Shown here piece by piece: positions 47,800 to 61,179 of a DNA stretch of 64,000 nt; position 1 is the stretch's first letter, and the number at the start of each line of letters is the position of its first letter. The stretch lies in the NCBI RefSeq assembly GCF_009914755.1, contig NC_060934.1, one strand, 5' to 3'. Origin of the DNA: the human T2T-CHM13v2.0 reference genome, Homo sapiens. A model generated the notes under the pieces. It searched no databases and was not told the DNA's origin. It saw only the letters and a list, made by a program, of their open reading frames with translations. The translations under genes were made by a program, and so were the position numbers.

Positions 47800-48262
47800 T
47801 GTTCTGGTTATTTATTACTGTATAACAGACTATCTCAAAACTTGGTGGCTTAAAGCAATATTTTTTTAGCCCCACCATTGTGTTGGTTGACTGGGAGGAT
47901 CTTCAGCTTAAAATGGTATTATTCAAAGCATTGGAAAGGCCAGGAGGCCCATAACAGCTTCACTCAAATAGTTGGCCATTACTGATGGCCAGCAGCTGTT
48001 AGATCTGCCGAGGCACCGTTTTCCTTTATGTGGGCCTCTCCACATGGCTTCTTCCTCACAAAACATAGAGATGGAGTTTCGAAAAGCTGCAGCTCTCTTA
48101 AGCCTGAGCCACCAATGTTACTTTGACCCATTGAATGTTCTTGAAGTATTGCTGTGTGAGTAACAGAGCTATTCCAGAGTCAGTGTGTCAGGAAAAGGCA
48201 CAAGGACTTAAATACTGGAAGCAGGGAATCACTGAGGGCCATCCTGGAGAGTGGCTTTCATA
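47800..48262 (-). mobile_element. MLT1 (F/H-like) MaLR LTR
   Basis: caaaacttggtggcttaaagcaa...tgggcctctccacatggctt...aatcactgagggccatcctggag. Confidence 0.7.
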
Positions 48263-48754
48263 GTTGCGGTATTAGTTGTTAAGGGAAAGAATGTGGTAAT
48301 AGATACAATTTTAAACAGGTATTTTTCAGGGCAAGAGAGTAGCCCAGAATTTATTGAAATGAGTTACATTTTTGAAAAGTAAGTTAAAACATGGATATCA
48401 TAGCTTTATTCTGTTGACTTATAGATTTTGGTCAGATATAAGGTGCGAGTAAAAGCTGTTTAGTCCAATGTAACAAATAATGAGCAGTTATTAGATGTCA
48501 AATATAGGACTAGTTATGGGAATGACATGATGTGCCTGATATAAGCCTTGCTCATGAGAAACTTCCTGAGTAATTGGGAGGCAGACTGGAAAATAGATAG
48601 TAACAAAATGGAAGCAACAGTATTTAAAGAGAGTTGTATAAAGTGCTATGGAGAATACAATTGAAGTGGCCTCAGAGGTGAGATGAAATACGATCTTTTC
48701 TTTGAAAGATGAATATGCATTTTTCTAGCAGTGAAAAAGAGGGAGAATGAAAAG

Positions 48755-48970
48755 AACTGACTTTTTATGTGCCTGTTTTGTGCCAGGTGCTGTGCTAGGT
48801 GGCATTTATCAATTATCTACTTTGGTTTTTAAAGGATTCCCATGAAACAGATATTACAATACCCATTTTACAAAAAGAAGAAACAGATAAAATTACTTAC
48901 CCAAGGTTAAACATATCAAGGGACTGTGATTCCAAAATCCATAGTCATTTACTACCCCATATTGCCAGGC
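48755..48970 (-). mobile_element. MIR
   Basis: tgtgccaggtgctgtgctag...cccattttaca...acttacccaaggt. Confidence 0.65.
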
Positions 48971-49948
48971 AGTAATAAAAGCACATTGAATTTGAAATAC
49001 TTTCAGAATGTTTACAACTCTTTCCATGAGATTGACTGGGCAGGGATCATATAAAAAGCCTCCTCTGCTTCTACACATCATCTCTAGAATTCCTCAGTTC
49101 CTCATATCACTTCCCATGGGCTTCTGTAACAATTCCCTGTGGAAGGTTGAGCTAGGCTTGCCCTTGCCTAAGATGTTATTCCAATATGAAAATGTTCAAT
49201 ATGTAGGAAGTTGGAAGTATTGATCTATAGCTCAAGATTGATACATGCTCAGATATAGATTAGAAATCAAATATTTAGTTAGCAGTAGTAATAATAGAAC
49301 TAGTAGAGGTAGAAGTAGCAGTAGTAGCAATATAATAATAATAATAAATAAGAAAATGTAATTGTAATAAGCCCTAACGCTGCAATGGTATTACACATGC
49401 TATTCTATGGCTGGGACATCCTCATGTACTCCTTTAAACCTTCGTCTAAGTAAATTCTACACTACATTTATATCTTAGCTTGTACAGAATATCTATTGAG
49501 CTTTCCTTAATTTCTTCAGCCTAGGTTCAAGTATTTTACATATTTTATTAAAAAATTCTATGCCTTTACTTCACAGAAAGGAAATTTATTTGTATGATTT
49601 TTAAAAAAGTTATACCTATATTCATTTTTAGTGCATAAGCTCTATCAGGCAGAAAAATAATCTCTTTTTTATTGCATTGTATGTCCTACTCATACACAGT
49701 AGCCAGCACATAGTAGATATTTAAACTTCCGAATATGTGAAAGGATAATTAAAGCCTGGGCATGCACAATGTGAGCAGAATGCCAAACAATATCAATTTT
49801 CAAGTAGTAAACTGAGAAAGTTGTGCCCTTGAAAGATGCAGAAGAAAATGCTATTGAGCCTGACAGAACTAGTAGAAGTAGAAGTAGCAGTAGCAGAAGC
49901 CTTTCTCCACAAACACGTGCCAGTATTAGTGGATCCATATTTACATCT

Positions 49949-50377
49949 TGCTATAGTTCGATTTGTTTGGAACTCCAAATTTCATGTTGAAATCTGATAC
50001 CCACTGTTGGAGATGAGGCTTAATGGGAGGTATTTCCGCTGGAGGGCAAATCCCTTGTAAATGGCTTGATGCCATCCTCAAGGTGATTGAGTGAGTTCTC
50101 TCTGTTAGCTCCTGAGACAGCTAATTGTTAAATAGAGTGTGACACCTCCCTCCCTTCTCTCTTGCTTTTTCTCTCACCATGTGATCTGCACACACAGGCT
50201 CCTCTTCTTCCCCTTCCATCATGAGCAGAAGTAGTCAGACACCCTCATCAGAAGTAGATCCTGGTGCCATGCTTCTTGTACAGCCTGCAGAACCGTGAGC
50301 TAAATACACCTCTTTTCTTTATAAATTATCTGTCCTCAGTTTTTCCTTTATAGCAACATGGAATGAACTAAGGTACA
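49949..50377 (+). mobile_element. MSTB-like MaLR LTR
   Basis: tgctatagtt...catgttgaaat...catgcttcttgtacagcctgcagaaccgtgagc...ctttatagcaac. Confidence 0.88.
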
Positions 50378-50935
50378 TGTCCATCAGTTCACTATATTGA
50401 TTTTAAGTATACATACACAGAAATACACATGCACTTACAACTACTGCAAAATGGTGATGTCATGTATATTTTGCTATTAAGTATGTTCCTAAAATATTTT
50501 TAATTGAAAAGTATAGAAAGACAATTCTACCAGTCAGAAATATAATCTTTAGAAGAGGAAAGAACCAGATTTGATAATCCAATAGAAATTAAAATGCTTA
50601 TTAAGCTATGAGATGCTTTCTATAACTTTTGGAACTTAAAAGTTGTGATGATTATTTTTAATATGTCAACTTAAAGTCTTTAGATGAGATTAGCACTAAT
50701 AAATAAACTTTCAGTAACCCAGATTGCCTTCCAAAATATGGATGGGCCTCATCTAATCAGGTTAAGGCCTGAATAGAAGAAAAACCTACCTCCTCGAGTA
50801 AGAGGAAATTCTCCAGCAGACTGCCTTTGGACTTTATCTACCACTGGCTCTTGTGGGGCTCTGTCTGCTGTCCGACACTGCAGATTTTGGATTTGTCAGC
50901 CTCCATAATCACATGAGCCAAATCCTTGTATCTCC

Positions 50936-51231
50936 ATATATATATATACACATACACACACGCACACACACAGAGATGCATATATATATACACACACATA
51001 TAGATATATACACACATATATATACATGTATATATATACACATATACACATCTTTATTAGTCAGGATCAGTCACCCCAGCCAGCCCATATATATATATAT
51101 ATGTATGTATATGTACACACACATATGTAGATATACACACACACATATATACATATATATACACGTGTGTATATATATACATATATATAAGCATACACAC
51201 AGTCAACACACACACACACACACACACACAC
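50936..51231. repeat. Compound (TA)/(CA) microsatellite inside the MLT2 LTR
   Basis: About 295 nt of alternating purine-pyrimidine with one 37-nt unique island. Confidence 0.92.
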
Positions 51232-51499
51232 TATTGGTTTTGTTTCTCTGGAGAACCCTGCCTAATACAGATTTTGGTACTGAGAGTGGTTCTAGAGGAA
51301 CAAATTCTTAACGGCAAATTTTCAGAATTGGTTTTGGGGTTTCCAGAATTGGATATTTAATCTGATTAGATTTAAAGTCATTAACGACTATTTTCAGTAG
51401 TAAAGATAGTTCATGGTATGACCTGGCAATATAGATACACAAAATATCAACAATGGATAATCATAACCAAACGCTTTTAAGAAGCAAGGATCTGAGTGG

Positions 51500-51821
51500 T
51501 CCTGGAGAGATTCTCAGGCCATTAGGCTGAGATGGCCCAGAATTTTAGATTCCTACATAAGCAAAACAAATATAAACAGTAAAACAAAACTTAAGTGTAA
51601 CTAATGAGAAACCACCAACTGACCTCTGAGTACTTTCCACTTTGACCAATCAAACATATTTTTCTTGATTTTGCAAACATAAAAATTTCCTCTCTTATTC
51701 CTCTCATTGGAATGGTGAACAGCTTTCAGTCTGGTTTTTCCCAATTCATAAATTGTTGAATGCTGAAATAAATTATTTAAAATTGTAATGTGCCTAAGTT
51801 TTTGTTGTTGTTATTGTTACA
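51500..51821 (+). mobile_element. MER67-like ERV1 LTR nested in ERVL
   Basis: aggccattaggctgagatgg...ttcctacataagcaaa...tgctgaaataaattatttaaaatt...tgtgcct. Confidence 0.55.
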
Positions 51822-52562
51822 CTTCTAATGTCACTGGATAAAGTGGGAGAAAAACAGGATGAGCGATCCAAAAAGTTGCTGATTTTGAATAGGACCCAGA
51901 ATAAAAGAAAGCTCTGCAGTAGTTCCCGGCTGCCATTTAAGCCGTCATATGTGCAAGTGAGCCATATGGTTCAGCGGATGCAATGGTGTGTTAATTGTTG
52001 GTGGCAGTTAGGGATGCTGAAGTGACTGGTTGGGGTGCTCCTGTAGGTGACTATATACTGATTCATAGGCTATGGCCAATGGTTTGGCTGGATGGTCAGG
52101 GACTTAGACAGTAACATGGTTGGAAAATTAATGACAAAACAGTCTGGGGTAGAGATAGGAAGTGGGTAGACCTCTCTGAATGGGCCAAAAACCATGAAGA
52201 TATTTTTGACCCATGTGAAGGCTCACCAAAAGGTAACTTTAGTGGAGGGAGACTTTAATAATCAAGTGCGTAGAATAACCTGTTCAGTGAATACCAGTCT
52301 GCTCCTTTCTCCAGCCACCTCTGTCATTGCCCAATGGGACCAACAAATTGGCCAGGGTGACAGGGATGAAAGTTGTGCATATGATTGGAAACACAAACTT
52401 CCACTCACCAAGGTGACCTGGCTACAGTCACTGCCGAGTGCCCAATCTGCCAGCAGCAGAGACCAACACTGAGTCTACAAAACGACACCACTCCCCGGGG
52501 TGATTAGCTAGCTACCTGGTGGCACACTTACTACATTTGATTACTTCTGTTATGGAAGGGAT

Positions 52563-53530
52563 TGAAGGGGTGGGTTGCCCCTCCACACCTGTGGGTGTTT
52601 CTCGTTAGGTGGAACGAGAGACTTGGAAAAGAAAAAGACACAGAGAGAAAGTATAGAGAAAGAAATAAGGGGACCCAGGGGACCAGCGTTCAGCATATGG
52701 AGGATCCCGCCAGCCTCTGAGTTCCCTTAGTATTTATTGATCATTCTTGGGTGTTTCTCAGAGAGGGGGATGTGTCAGGGTCATAGGATAATAGTGGAGA
52801 GAAGGTCAGCAGATAAACACGTGAACAAAGGTCTCTGCATCATAGACAAGGTAAAGAATTAAATGCTGTGCTTTAGATATGCATACACATAAACATCTCA
52901 ATGCCTTACAGAGCAGTATTGCTGCCTGCATGTCCCACCTCCAGCCCTAAGGCGGTTTTCCCCTATCTCAGTAGATGGAACGTACAATCGGGTTTTATAC
53001 GGAGACGTTCCATTGCCCAGGGACGGGCAGGAGACAGATGCCTTCCTCTTGTCTCAACTGCAAAGAGGCATGCCTTCCTCTTATACTAATCCTCCTCAGC
53101 ACAGACCCTTTACGGGTATCAAGCTGGGGGATGGTCAGGTCTTTCCCTTCCCACGAGGCCACATTTCAGACTATCACATGGGGAGAAACCTTGGACAATA
53201 CCTGGCTTTCCTAGGCAGAGGTCCCTGCGGCCTTCCGCAGTGTTTGTGTCCCTGGGTACTTGAGATTAGGGAGTGGTGATGACTCTTAACCAGCATGCTG
53301 CCTTCAAGCATCTGCTTAACAAAGCACATCTTGCACAGCCCTTAATCCATTTAACCCTGAGTTGACACAGCACATGTTTCAGAGAGCAAGGGGTTGGGGG
53401 TAAGGTTATAGATTAACAGCATCTCAAGGCAGAAGAATTTTTCTTACTACAGAACAAAATGGAGTCTCCTATGTCTACTTCTTTCTACACAGACACAGTA
53501 ACAATCTGATCTCTCTTTCTTTTCCCCACA
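52563..53530 (-). mobile_element. HERV-K(HML-2) solo LTR, LTR5_Hs/LTR5B type, 968 bp
   Basis: Minus strand tgtggggaaaagaaagagagatcag...cacccaccccttca; 6-bp TSD AGGGAT at 52557-52562 and 53531-53536; TATA at 52993-52999 and AATAAA at 52733-52738 (minus strand). Confidence 0.97.
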
Positions 53531-54512
53531 AGGGATAGTGTTTGGTTCTTACTGGAATGGACATTTACTTTGGATATGCATTTTCCTTCCCTGCACACAA
53601 TGCTTCTACCATCCATGGACATACGTAATATCTGTCCACCATCATGTTATTTCACATAGGAGTGTTTCTGATTAAGGAACTCATTTTACAGCAAATGAAG
53701 TGAGACAATAGAGCCATGCTCCTGAAATTTACTAGTCTTACCATGTTCCTTGCTATGCTGAAACAGCTGGATTGATAGATCTATGGAATGGCCTTTTAAA
53801 GACTCAATTACATTGCCAATTAGGTGGCAATACATTTCAGGCTTGTTGCAAAGTTATCCAGTAGGCTACATATGCTCCGAAAAAATGTCCAATATATGAT
53901 GCTGTTTCTCCTATAGCCAGGACTCAAGAAGTCTGGGAAATGAGGGGTGAAAATGGGAGTGGCATGAATCTCTATTACTCCTAGTGACTCAGTATCAAAA
54001 TGTTTGCTTCTTGTCTTCATGGCCTTATATTCTGCTGGACTAAAACTCTTAGTTCCAAAGGGAGGAATGCTTCCATCATAAAATCTAACAATTAACTTAT
54101 TGAATTAAAAGTTAAGATTGCCACCAAGTCCATTTTGGACTATTCATGCCTCTGAATCAACAGGCAAAGCAGGAGTTACTGGGCTGGTTGGGGTGACTGC
54201 TCCTGACTAACAAAGAAAAATTGGACTGCCATTTCACAATGGAGGTAAGAAAAAGTATGTGTGGAATACAGGAGATACCCTAGGGAGTCTCTTAGGATTA
54301 CCATACCTTGTGAATAAAGTCAATGGAAAACTACGACAACCAATTAGATAGGAGTACTAATGCCTAGACCCTTCAGGATTGGTTTAGGTCACTTCACTTG
54401 GTAAAGAATTATAACCAGCTCAAGCACTTGCTGAAAGCAAAGAAAACACAGAATGAATAGTGATAGATGGTAGTTGTGAATACCAGCTATGACCCTGTGA
54501 CCATTTACATAG

Positions 54513-54933
<421 letters not shown>

Positions 54934-54936
54934 ATA

Positions 54937-55372
54937 CAGTTGACTCTTGAACAATATGGGGGTTGAGGCACCAAGCCCCAAGCAGTCAAAAATTCACATA
55001 TGACTTTTGATGTCCCAAAACTTAACCACTAGTAGCCTACCGTTTGCCAAAAGCTTTATGGATAACATAAACAGATGATTAACACAGATTTTGAATATTA
55101 CATGTATTATGTATGGCATTCTTACAATAAATAAGCTAGAGAAAAGAAAATGTTATTAAGAAACTCATAAGGAAGAGAAAATATATTTACCATTCTTTAA
55201 GTGGAAGTGGATCATCATAAAAGTCTTTTTACTCATTATCTTCACATTGAGTAGGCTGAGGAGGTAGAACAGGAGAGGTTGGTCTCGCTGTCTTGGATGG
55301 CAGGAGTGGAAAAAAAATCCAAATATAAGTGGACCAGCACAGTTCAAACTCATGTTGTTCAAAGGTCAACTG
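54937..55372. mobile_element. Tigger2a (MER28) MITE nested in ERVL
   Basis: TA-flanked TIRs cagttgactcttgaacaa / ttgttcaaaggtcaactg. Confidence 0.88.
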
Positions 55373-57438
55373 TACATACATACTTAGGTATATCCAATAT
55401 CTCTGTTTTCTTCACTCTTTCATCACTTTATCATGTAACATAAGATGGACTGACTTTATAGTATTTAAGTATTGTTAACTTTGCACTATAGTATTTAAGT
55501 TACAGGATACCAAAGAGAAGAGTAGACATCAGCCAGAGATTTTGCATCTTGTTCTGGGGAAAGACTTAGTGAGTTTCCAGCTGTACACAGCATAGTTATA
55601 TCACGTCAGGTGGAAGTATAGCCTTGTTATTGTATTTATTGGGAAAGGAAACATAGTTTAAAGAAATACATGAGTGCAAAGTTGACAAGGGGTGGGCTTG
55701 TGATGGTTAATTTTATGTGCCAACTTGAGGATATTTTTGGATGAGATCAACACTTAAATCAGTGAAATCTGGGTCAATCAAATTGTCCTTCATAATGTGG
55801 ATGGTCCTTATCCAATCCGTTGAAGCCTGGAATAGAATTAGAAGACTGACCTCCCCAAGACAGAGGGAATTTTCCAGCAGACTGCTTTCGAACTTCATCT
55901 GCACCATCAGTTCTCTTTTGTCTCTGCCTGCCAGTCCACACTGCAGCAGATTTTGAACTTACTGGTTCTATTTCTCTGGAAGACTCTAATTCAATAGGAT
56001 AAGATTTTATTTTTCAACTTATTCACCAAATAGGAAAGATGAAGAAGGGCTACTGGAGAAAGTGCTAGACTAGAACTATAACCACATATTGTGTTACAAT
56101 CCTTGCCAACTCTGTGATAAATCTATTTGTGATATTACTACCTCACTCACCAAAGCCAAAGAATACATTTTTCATTCTGAAATACAAGAAATCTGTTTCT
56201 TTTTTTTTTTTTCAAATTCTCAAGGTGATTTTTGCAAACTCTGGATGAAAATTGAAGCTTAAAAGATAATAAGCTTCACTGGAAGTTTATTCTGATGGAT
56301 TGTTCCAGAAAGTGTATGGAGAGAGAATTTGATTGCCCATTTCTGGAGAAGAGGTTTTTTATATATTGAGGTGTTTCTTGCCAAATGTTGGCCTAATTAA
56401 GCCTGAGAAAGCCCATTTCTCTGCAGGCCTGGAGCCACAGGATAAAGACAAGTAGTGCTGCAGCATCATGAGACTTTATTATTATGTTGGCAAGACTCCT
56501 TCATAAGGAATAGTTGGGAGGACACCTGGCTAACTGGGGTTTGCAGAATATATGATTTCCGCAACATTGCAGCTGGAATGTTAAAGAGCACAGTGCAATT
56601 TCTGGAAGAGGATGCTTTGCAGTTGCCAAGAGGCTGAGTATTTCCAAAGGATATTCAACCAATAATCCTCTTCTTCATGCTGATAGTGTTCTGCAAAGCA
56701 AATGAAGCATTTGAGGTGGTTCGGAAAGACTGATTCCACAAACCAGTAAAAGCAGTAAGCAGATGTCATGCCATTAAACAAATTGATCTCCATAATTTCC
56801 TGAAAACAAACAACAACAACAACAACAACAAAACTCACTGGGTACATACAGCATGATCTCAGTTTGTAAAAAACTCAGGCCAAGAAAAATCTTTTCTCCC
56901 TATGCCTATTCTCAAATTAAATTTGGACTAGTTTTAGTTTGAACCTTTCAACTAGCTTTGCCTTTCTTTTTAAAACACAATGCAGTAATGCTTTTGTTTT
57001 AACATTTTCTATGTCAGAGTATATCATCAGCCTGGTTCTTGGATTACTTATTTATTTACAAAGAATTTCATATGTACCATGTGAATTATCTGGGTCAGTT
57101 TCTTTTTTCTTTTTTTAAAAAAGGAAATTTAAACTTTGTTATAAATTAAAATGAAACCTGAAATTTTAAAAAATTGAAATTTATTCTGTGATTGTTACTA
57201 CTGTAGAACAAGTTTTACCCTTTTTATATTAAGCCTTAGTAGTTTTATGTGTATAACAAACAAGCTTTCAAATTTCCTGGCAACAAACCAGGGAAGAGAG
57301 TTAAAATATTTTAAATCCTATTCGGTTTTTCTCTATATAACTTTTAATATATTCCTTTAAAATTTAAACCAAAGGACTTTTTGAAATTATTATAGTTTAT
57401 GAGTTAGATTGTGTATTTGTCACTATATGTAGCCTATC

Positions 57439-58423
57439 TACCAGGGGAAATTCAGCCCCCGATATTTCACGTGGGTCCTTTTCTATTTTCCCTAAGTGTC
57501 AGCTGGTCTGAGAAATAAAGGGAAAGAGTACAAAAGAGAGAAATTTTAAAGCTGGGTGTCTGGGGAAGACATCACATGTCGGCAGGTTCCATGATGCCCC
57601 CTGAGCCATAAAACCAGCAAGTTTTATTAGTGATTTTCAAAAGGGGAGGGAGTGTATTAATAGGGTGTGGGTCACAGAGGTCACATGCTTCACAAGGTAA
57701 TAAAACATCACATGGTAAATGGAGGCAGGGTGAGATCACAGGACTAGGGTGAAATTAAAATTGCTAATAAAGTTTCGAGCATGCATTGTCATTGATAACG
57801 TCTTACCAGGAGACAGGGTTTGAGAGCAGACAACCGGTCTGACTAAAATTTATTAGGCAGGAGTTTCCTCATCCTAATAAGCCTGGGAGCACTACAGGAG
57901 ATCGGGGCTTATTTCATCCCTTATCTACAATTGTAAAAGACAGACATCCCCAGAGCAGCCATGTTAGAGTCCTACCCCTAGGCACGCATTCTCTTTCTCA
58001 GGGCTGTTCCTTGCTGAGAAAAAGAATTCGGCAATATTTCTCCTATTTGCTTTTGAAAGGAGAGACATATGGCTCTGCTCCGCCTGGCCCACAGGCAGCC
58101 AGACATTAAGGTTATCTCCCTTGTTCCCTGAATATCTCTGTTATCCTATTCTTAAGGTGCCCAGATTTGATATTGTTCAAACACACATGCTCTACAAACA
58201 ATTTGTGCAGTTAACGCAATCATCACAGGGTCCTGAGGCAACATACATCCTCCTCAGTTTACGAAGATGACGGGATTAAGAGATTAAAGTAAAGACAGGC
58301 ATAGGAAATCACCAGAGTATTGTTTGGGGAAGTGATAAATGTCCACGAAATATTCACAATTTATGTTCTTCCGCCATGGCTTCAGCTGGTCCCTCTGTTT
58401 GAGGTCCCTGACTTCCCGCAACA
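57439..58423 (-). mobile_element. MER11 (HERV-K11/HML-8) solo LTR
   Basis: Minus strand starts tgttgcgggaagtcagggacc; 6-bp TSD CCTATC at 57433-57438 and 58424-58429. Confidence 0.93.
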
Positions 58424-58730
58424 CCTATCAAATTTATAAAACAATAGTACTTAATTTTTTCTGCAAATAATTTTTGTCTACATTTATCTATTTCATTCCT
58501 TCTCTGTATATTTCCTGTTCCTTCATACCCAGAGTCATTGAATTTTTTTCAAATATCTCAACTCAGTATAACTTTTTAAGATCAGAGCATGCATATATTA
58601 TTATTCTACCTATAATTTGAAAATATTTTCAGCTAGAGACCAGCTTCATGAGAATTAGCAAGATATTGTGTGCTTATAAAAATAGCATTTAGCTCATATA
58701 CATATATATGTGTATATGTGTGCTTGTGTA

Positions 58731-59271
58731 TAGTCATGCCTCTCAAAGAGGACATGTTCTGAGAAATGGATCATTAGGCAATCTTGTGAGAACATCATAG
58801 AGTGTAATTACACACACCTAGGTTGTATAGCTTACAACACACCCAGGCCATATGCCATATGGTATAGCCTATTGCTCCTTGGCTACAAGCCTATACAGCA
58901 TGTTGCTGTATGAATACTGTAGGCAATTGTACCACAATAGTAAGTATTTGTGTACCTAAACATAGAAAAGGTACAATAAAAATGTGGTATCAAACACTAA
59001 AAATGGTGCACCTATATAAGGCACTTTTCATGAACAGAGCTTGCAGGACTTGAAGTTGCTTTGGATGAGTCAGTGACTGGTGAGTGAATATGAATGTTTA
59101 GGATGTTACTATACACTGTTGTAGACTTTATAAACACTTTACACTTAGGCTACACTAAATTTATTTTAAAGATAAAGTAATTGTGCTATGCTATTCTGTC
59201 AGCTACGACCATGAAACCACTGTTATATAGGCAGTCAATCACTAACTAAAATTTCATGTCATTATGTGACT
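58731..59271. mobile_element. Tigger3 (Golem/MER7) deletion derivative
   Basis: gttctgagaaat...gaacatcatagagtg...gcctattgctcct...aaacatagaaaaggtac...cacttaggctacactaaatttatt. Confidence 0.85.
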
Positions 59272-60680
59272 ATATATAACTATATATATATACACACACA
59301 CATATAGATACACATAATTTTATTTAGTGTATTGCATATATCCACAATTTTAAGAAAAATTCCACATAAAAAGTCTAAACTCTTATTATGACAAAGATTC
59401 TTATTTAAAACTCTTTGTCAGCTTTTCAGTTGCTTCTGAACTGACCTTATGACATTTTATCTTGCTTCTTCAATATTCTTTCTTGCTCATCAATCACTGT
59501 TTTTTTCTTCTGTTCAATGTCATGATAAGACTAGTGATGCAGTCACAAATAATGGATCATGAGCAAGATTTTGCCATTTATATCATAAATATGACAGTGC
59601 AGTGCCTGCAGACAGTGTTATTTCCGGTCTGCATTTCTGGACACTGAGGTCAATAAAATTGCTACTAGCCATAAAGCACAGACATGAGACATGCTGGTAT
59701 GCAGTGGATATTCTAACTGGAGAATGAATTACTGCTTTAGGATGACAAAATCAGGGCATCTAGGGGTTTCTGGTAGAAACTTGATTCTATTATATTTTGG
59801 AATTTTTCCCTTGCACACCCTCCTATGATTTTCTATAAACCTCTGTGACTTGGTCTATTTGCTTCTTTCACCACTCCTAAATAAAGCTTTTCCTAAATTT
59901 CTCTACTTTCCTCAATATGCATGCATAATAGTTCTTTGAGTCAATTTTATTCTTTTGAACATTCTCAGAAGCAAGCACAGCTCTTCCACATTTTAATCCT
60001 CTTTTAAGTCTTGTACCACTATATAGTAAATGAAGAAGCCACTGATTAGAACCAATAAACATTGGAAAGAAATCCCCACATCTTTGAGCTTCAAATCTGG
60101 GCTTTCCCAAATTTTCACATAGCCCTTTCCCCTGTAGCTTTTCTGCAGTCTCTTCAATGCCCATGTTGACTCTAGAAATACCTGGTGATTACTCTGTCTC
60201 TCTCTCTTTGAGTCATATGTTTCATATTTCTCATTTTAAACTTCTTATTAGTACTCTTCACATCAAGAAAGAGTTGGCATCTAGCATGTTTTATGCATCC
60301 CAAAAATCAAAATCAAAATTTATTCTTTCATTCTTGATCCTCTCTGCATATGCTGTTCCACTTGACTGTTTTTCTAGTTATTCTTTCTTTGCCTTCACTC
60401 CCACTTACCAGCAGAAGATTGCAGAAATGTAAGGAGAGGCTTCACACCTTCCTCTCTAAGAGGCCACAGTTTTGATTGACTGTTTTCCATTATAGCTTCT
60501 GTATGGTGGCACTTCCATGGCTTCAGAGTCACTGGTTTTGGGAGATATCATCACCCTGCCTCTTCTGGGCTGAAAATATTAATAAAATATAGTAGAATAT
60601 GCTACCCCAAAATATGCCACTTTGGCATAAGGATTATTTTGAGCCAAAGCTTCTTTAAAAAAAAAAAAAAAGGCAGATTC

Positions 60681-60814
60681 GGCCAGGCGCGGTGGCTCAT
60701 GCCTAGAATTCCAGCATATTGGGAGGCCTAGGCAGGTGGATCATGAGGTCAGGAGATGGAGACCATCCTGGTTAACACAGTGAAACCCCGTCTCTACTAA
60801 AAATAAAAAAAAAA
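60681..60814 (+). mobile_element. AluY-type left monomer only, with TSD
   Basis: gagaccatcctggttaacac; stops at the middle A-linker; TSD aaggcagattc at 60670-60680 and 60817-60827. Confidence 0.9.
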
Positions 60815-61179
60815 GTAAGGCAGATTCAAGAAAGGCACACTGAACCTTTCCTCCCTCTTTTTGAAAGAAGGATATAAAAACCCATATGGAAGATGTACTC
60901 CCTATACCAGAAGAAAAGTTACATTCTTACCATCAAAGACAGGAAGCTGAGACAGAGAATTCTGTACAGAAAGACGTGGTTAAAATAATTCTTATTTACC
61001 TTCTGTCTCTCCAGACACTTTAGTAACTTTTCCACAATTTCCTCTTTTTGTTCAATCAAATATAAACAGTTAGGTTTTGCCATTTCTCAGGTCTTCATTT
61101 CCTTATGAAGGTTCCCATGTCCTAAAAAACTTATATTAAATAAATTTGTATCCTTTTCTATTAGTTTGTCTTACATGCT

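Noticed and set aside
50853-51311. 152-aa His/Ile/Tyr/Thr-rich ORF
   Set aside because: Translation of the (TA/CA)n microsatellite in an MLT2 LTR.
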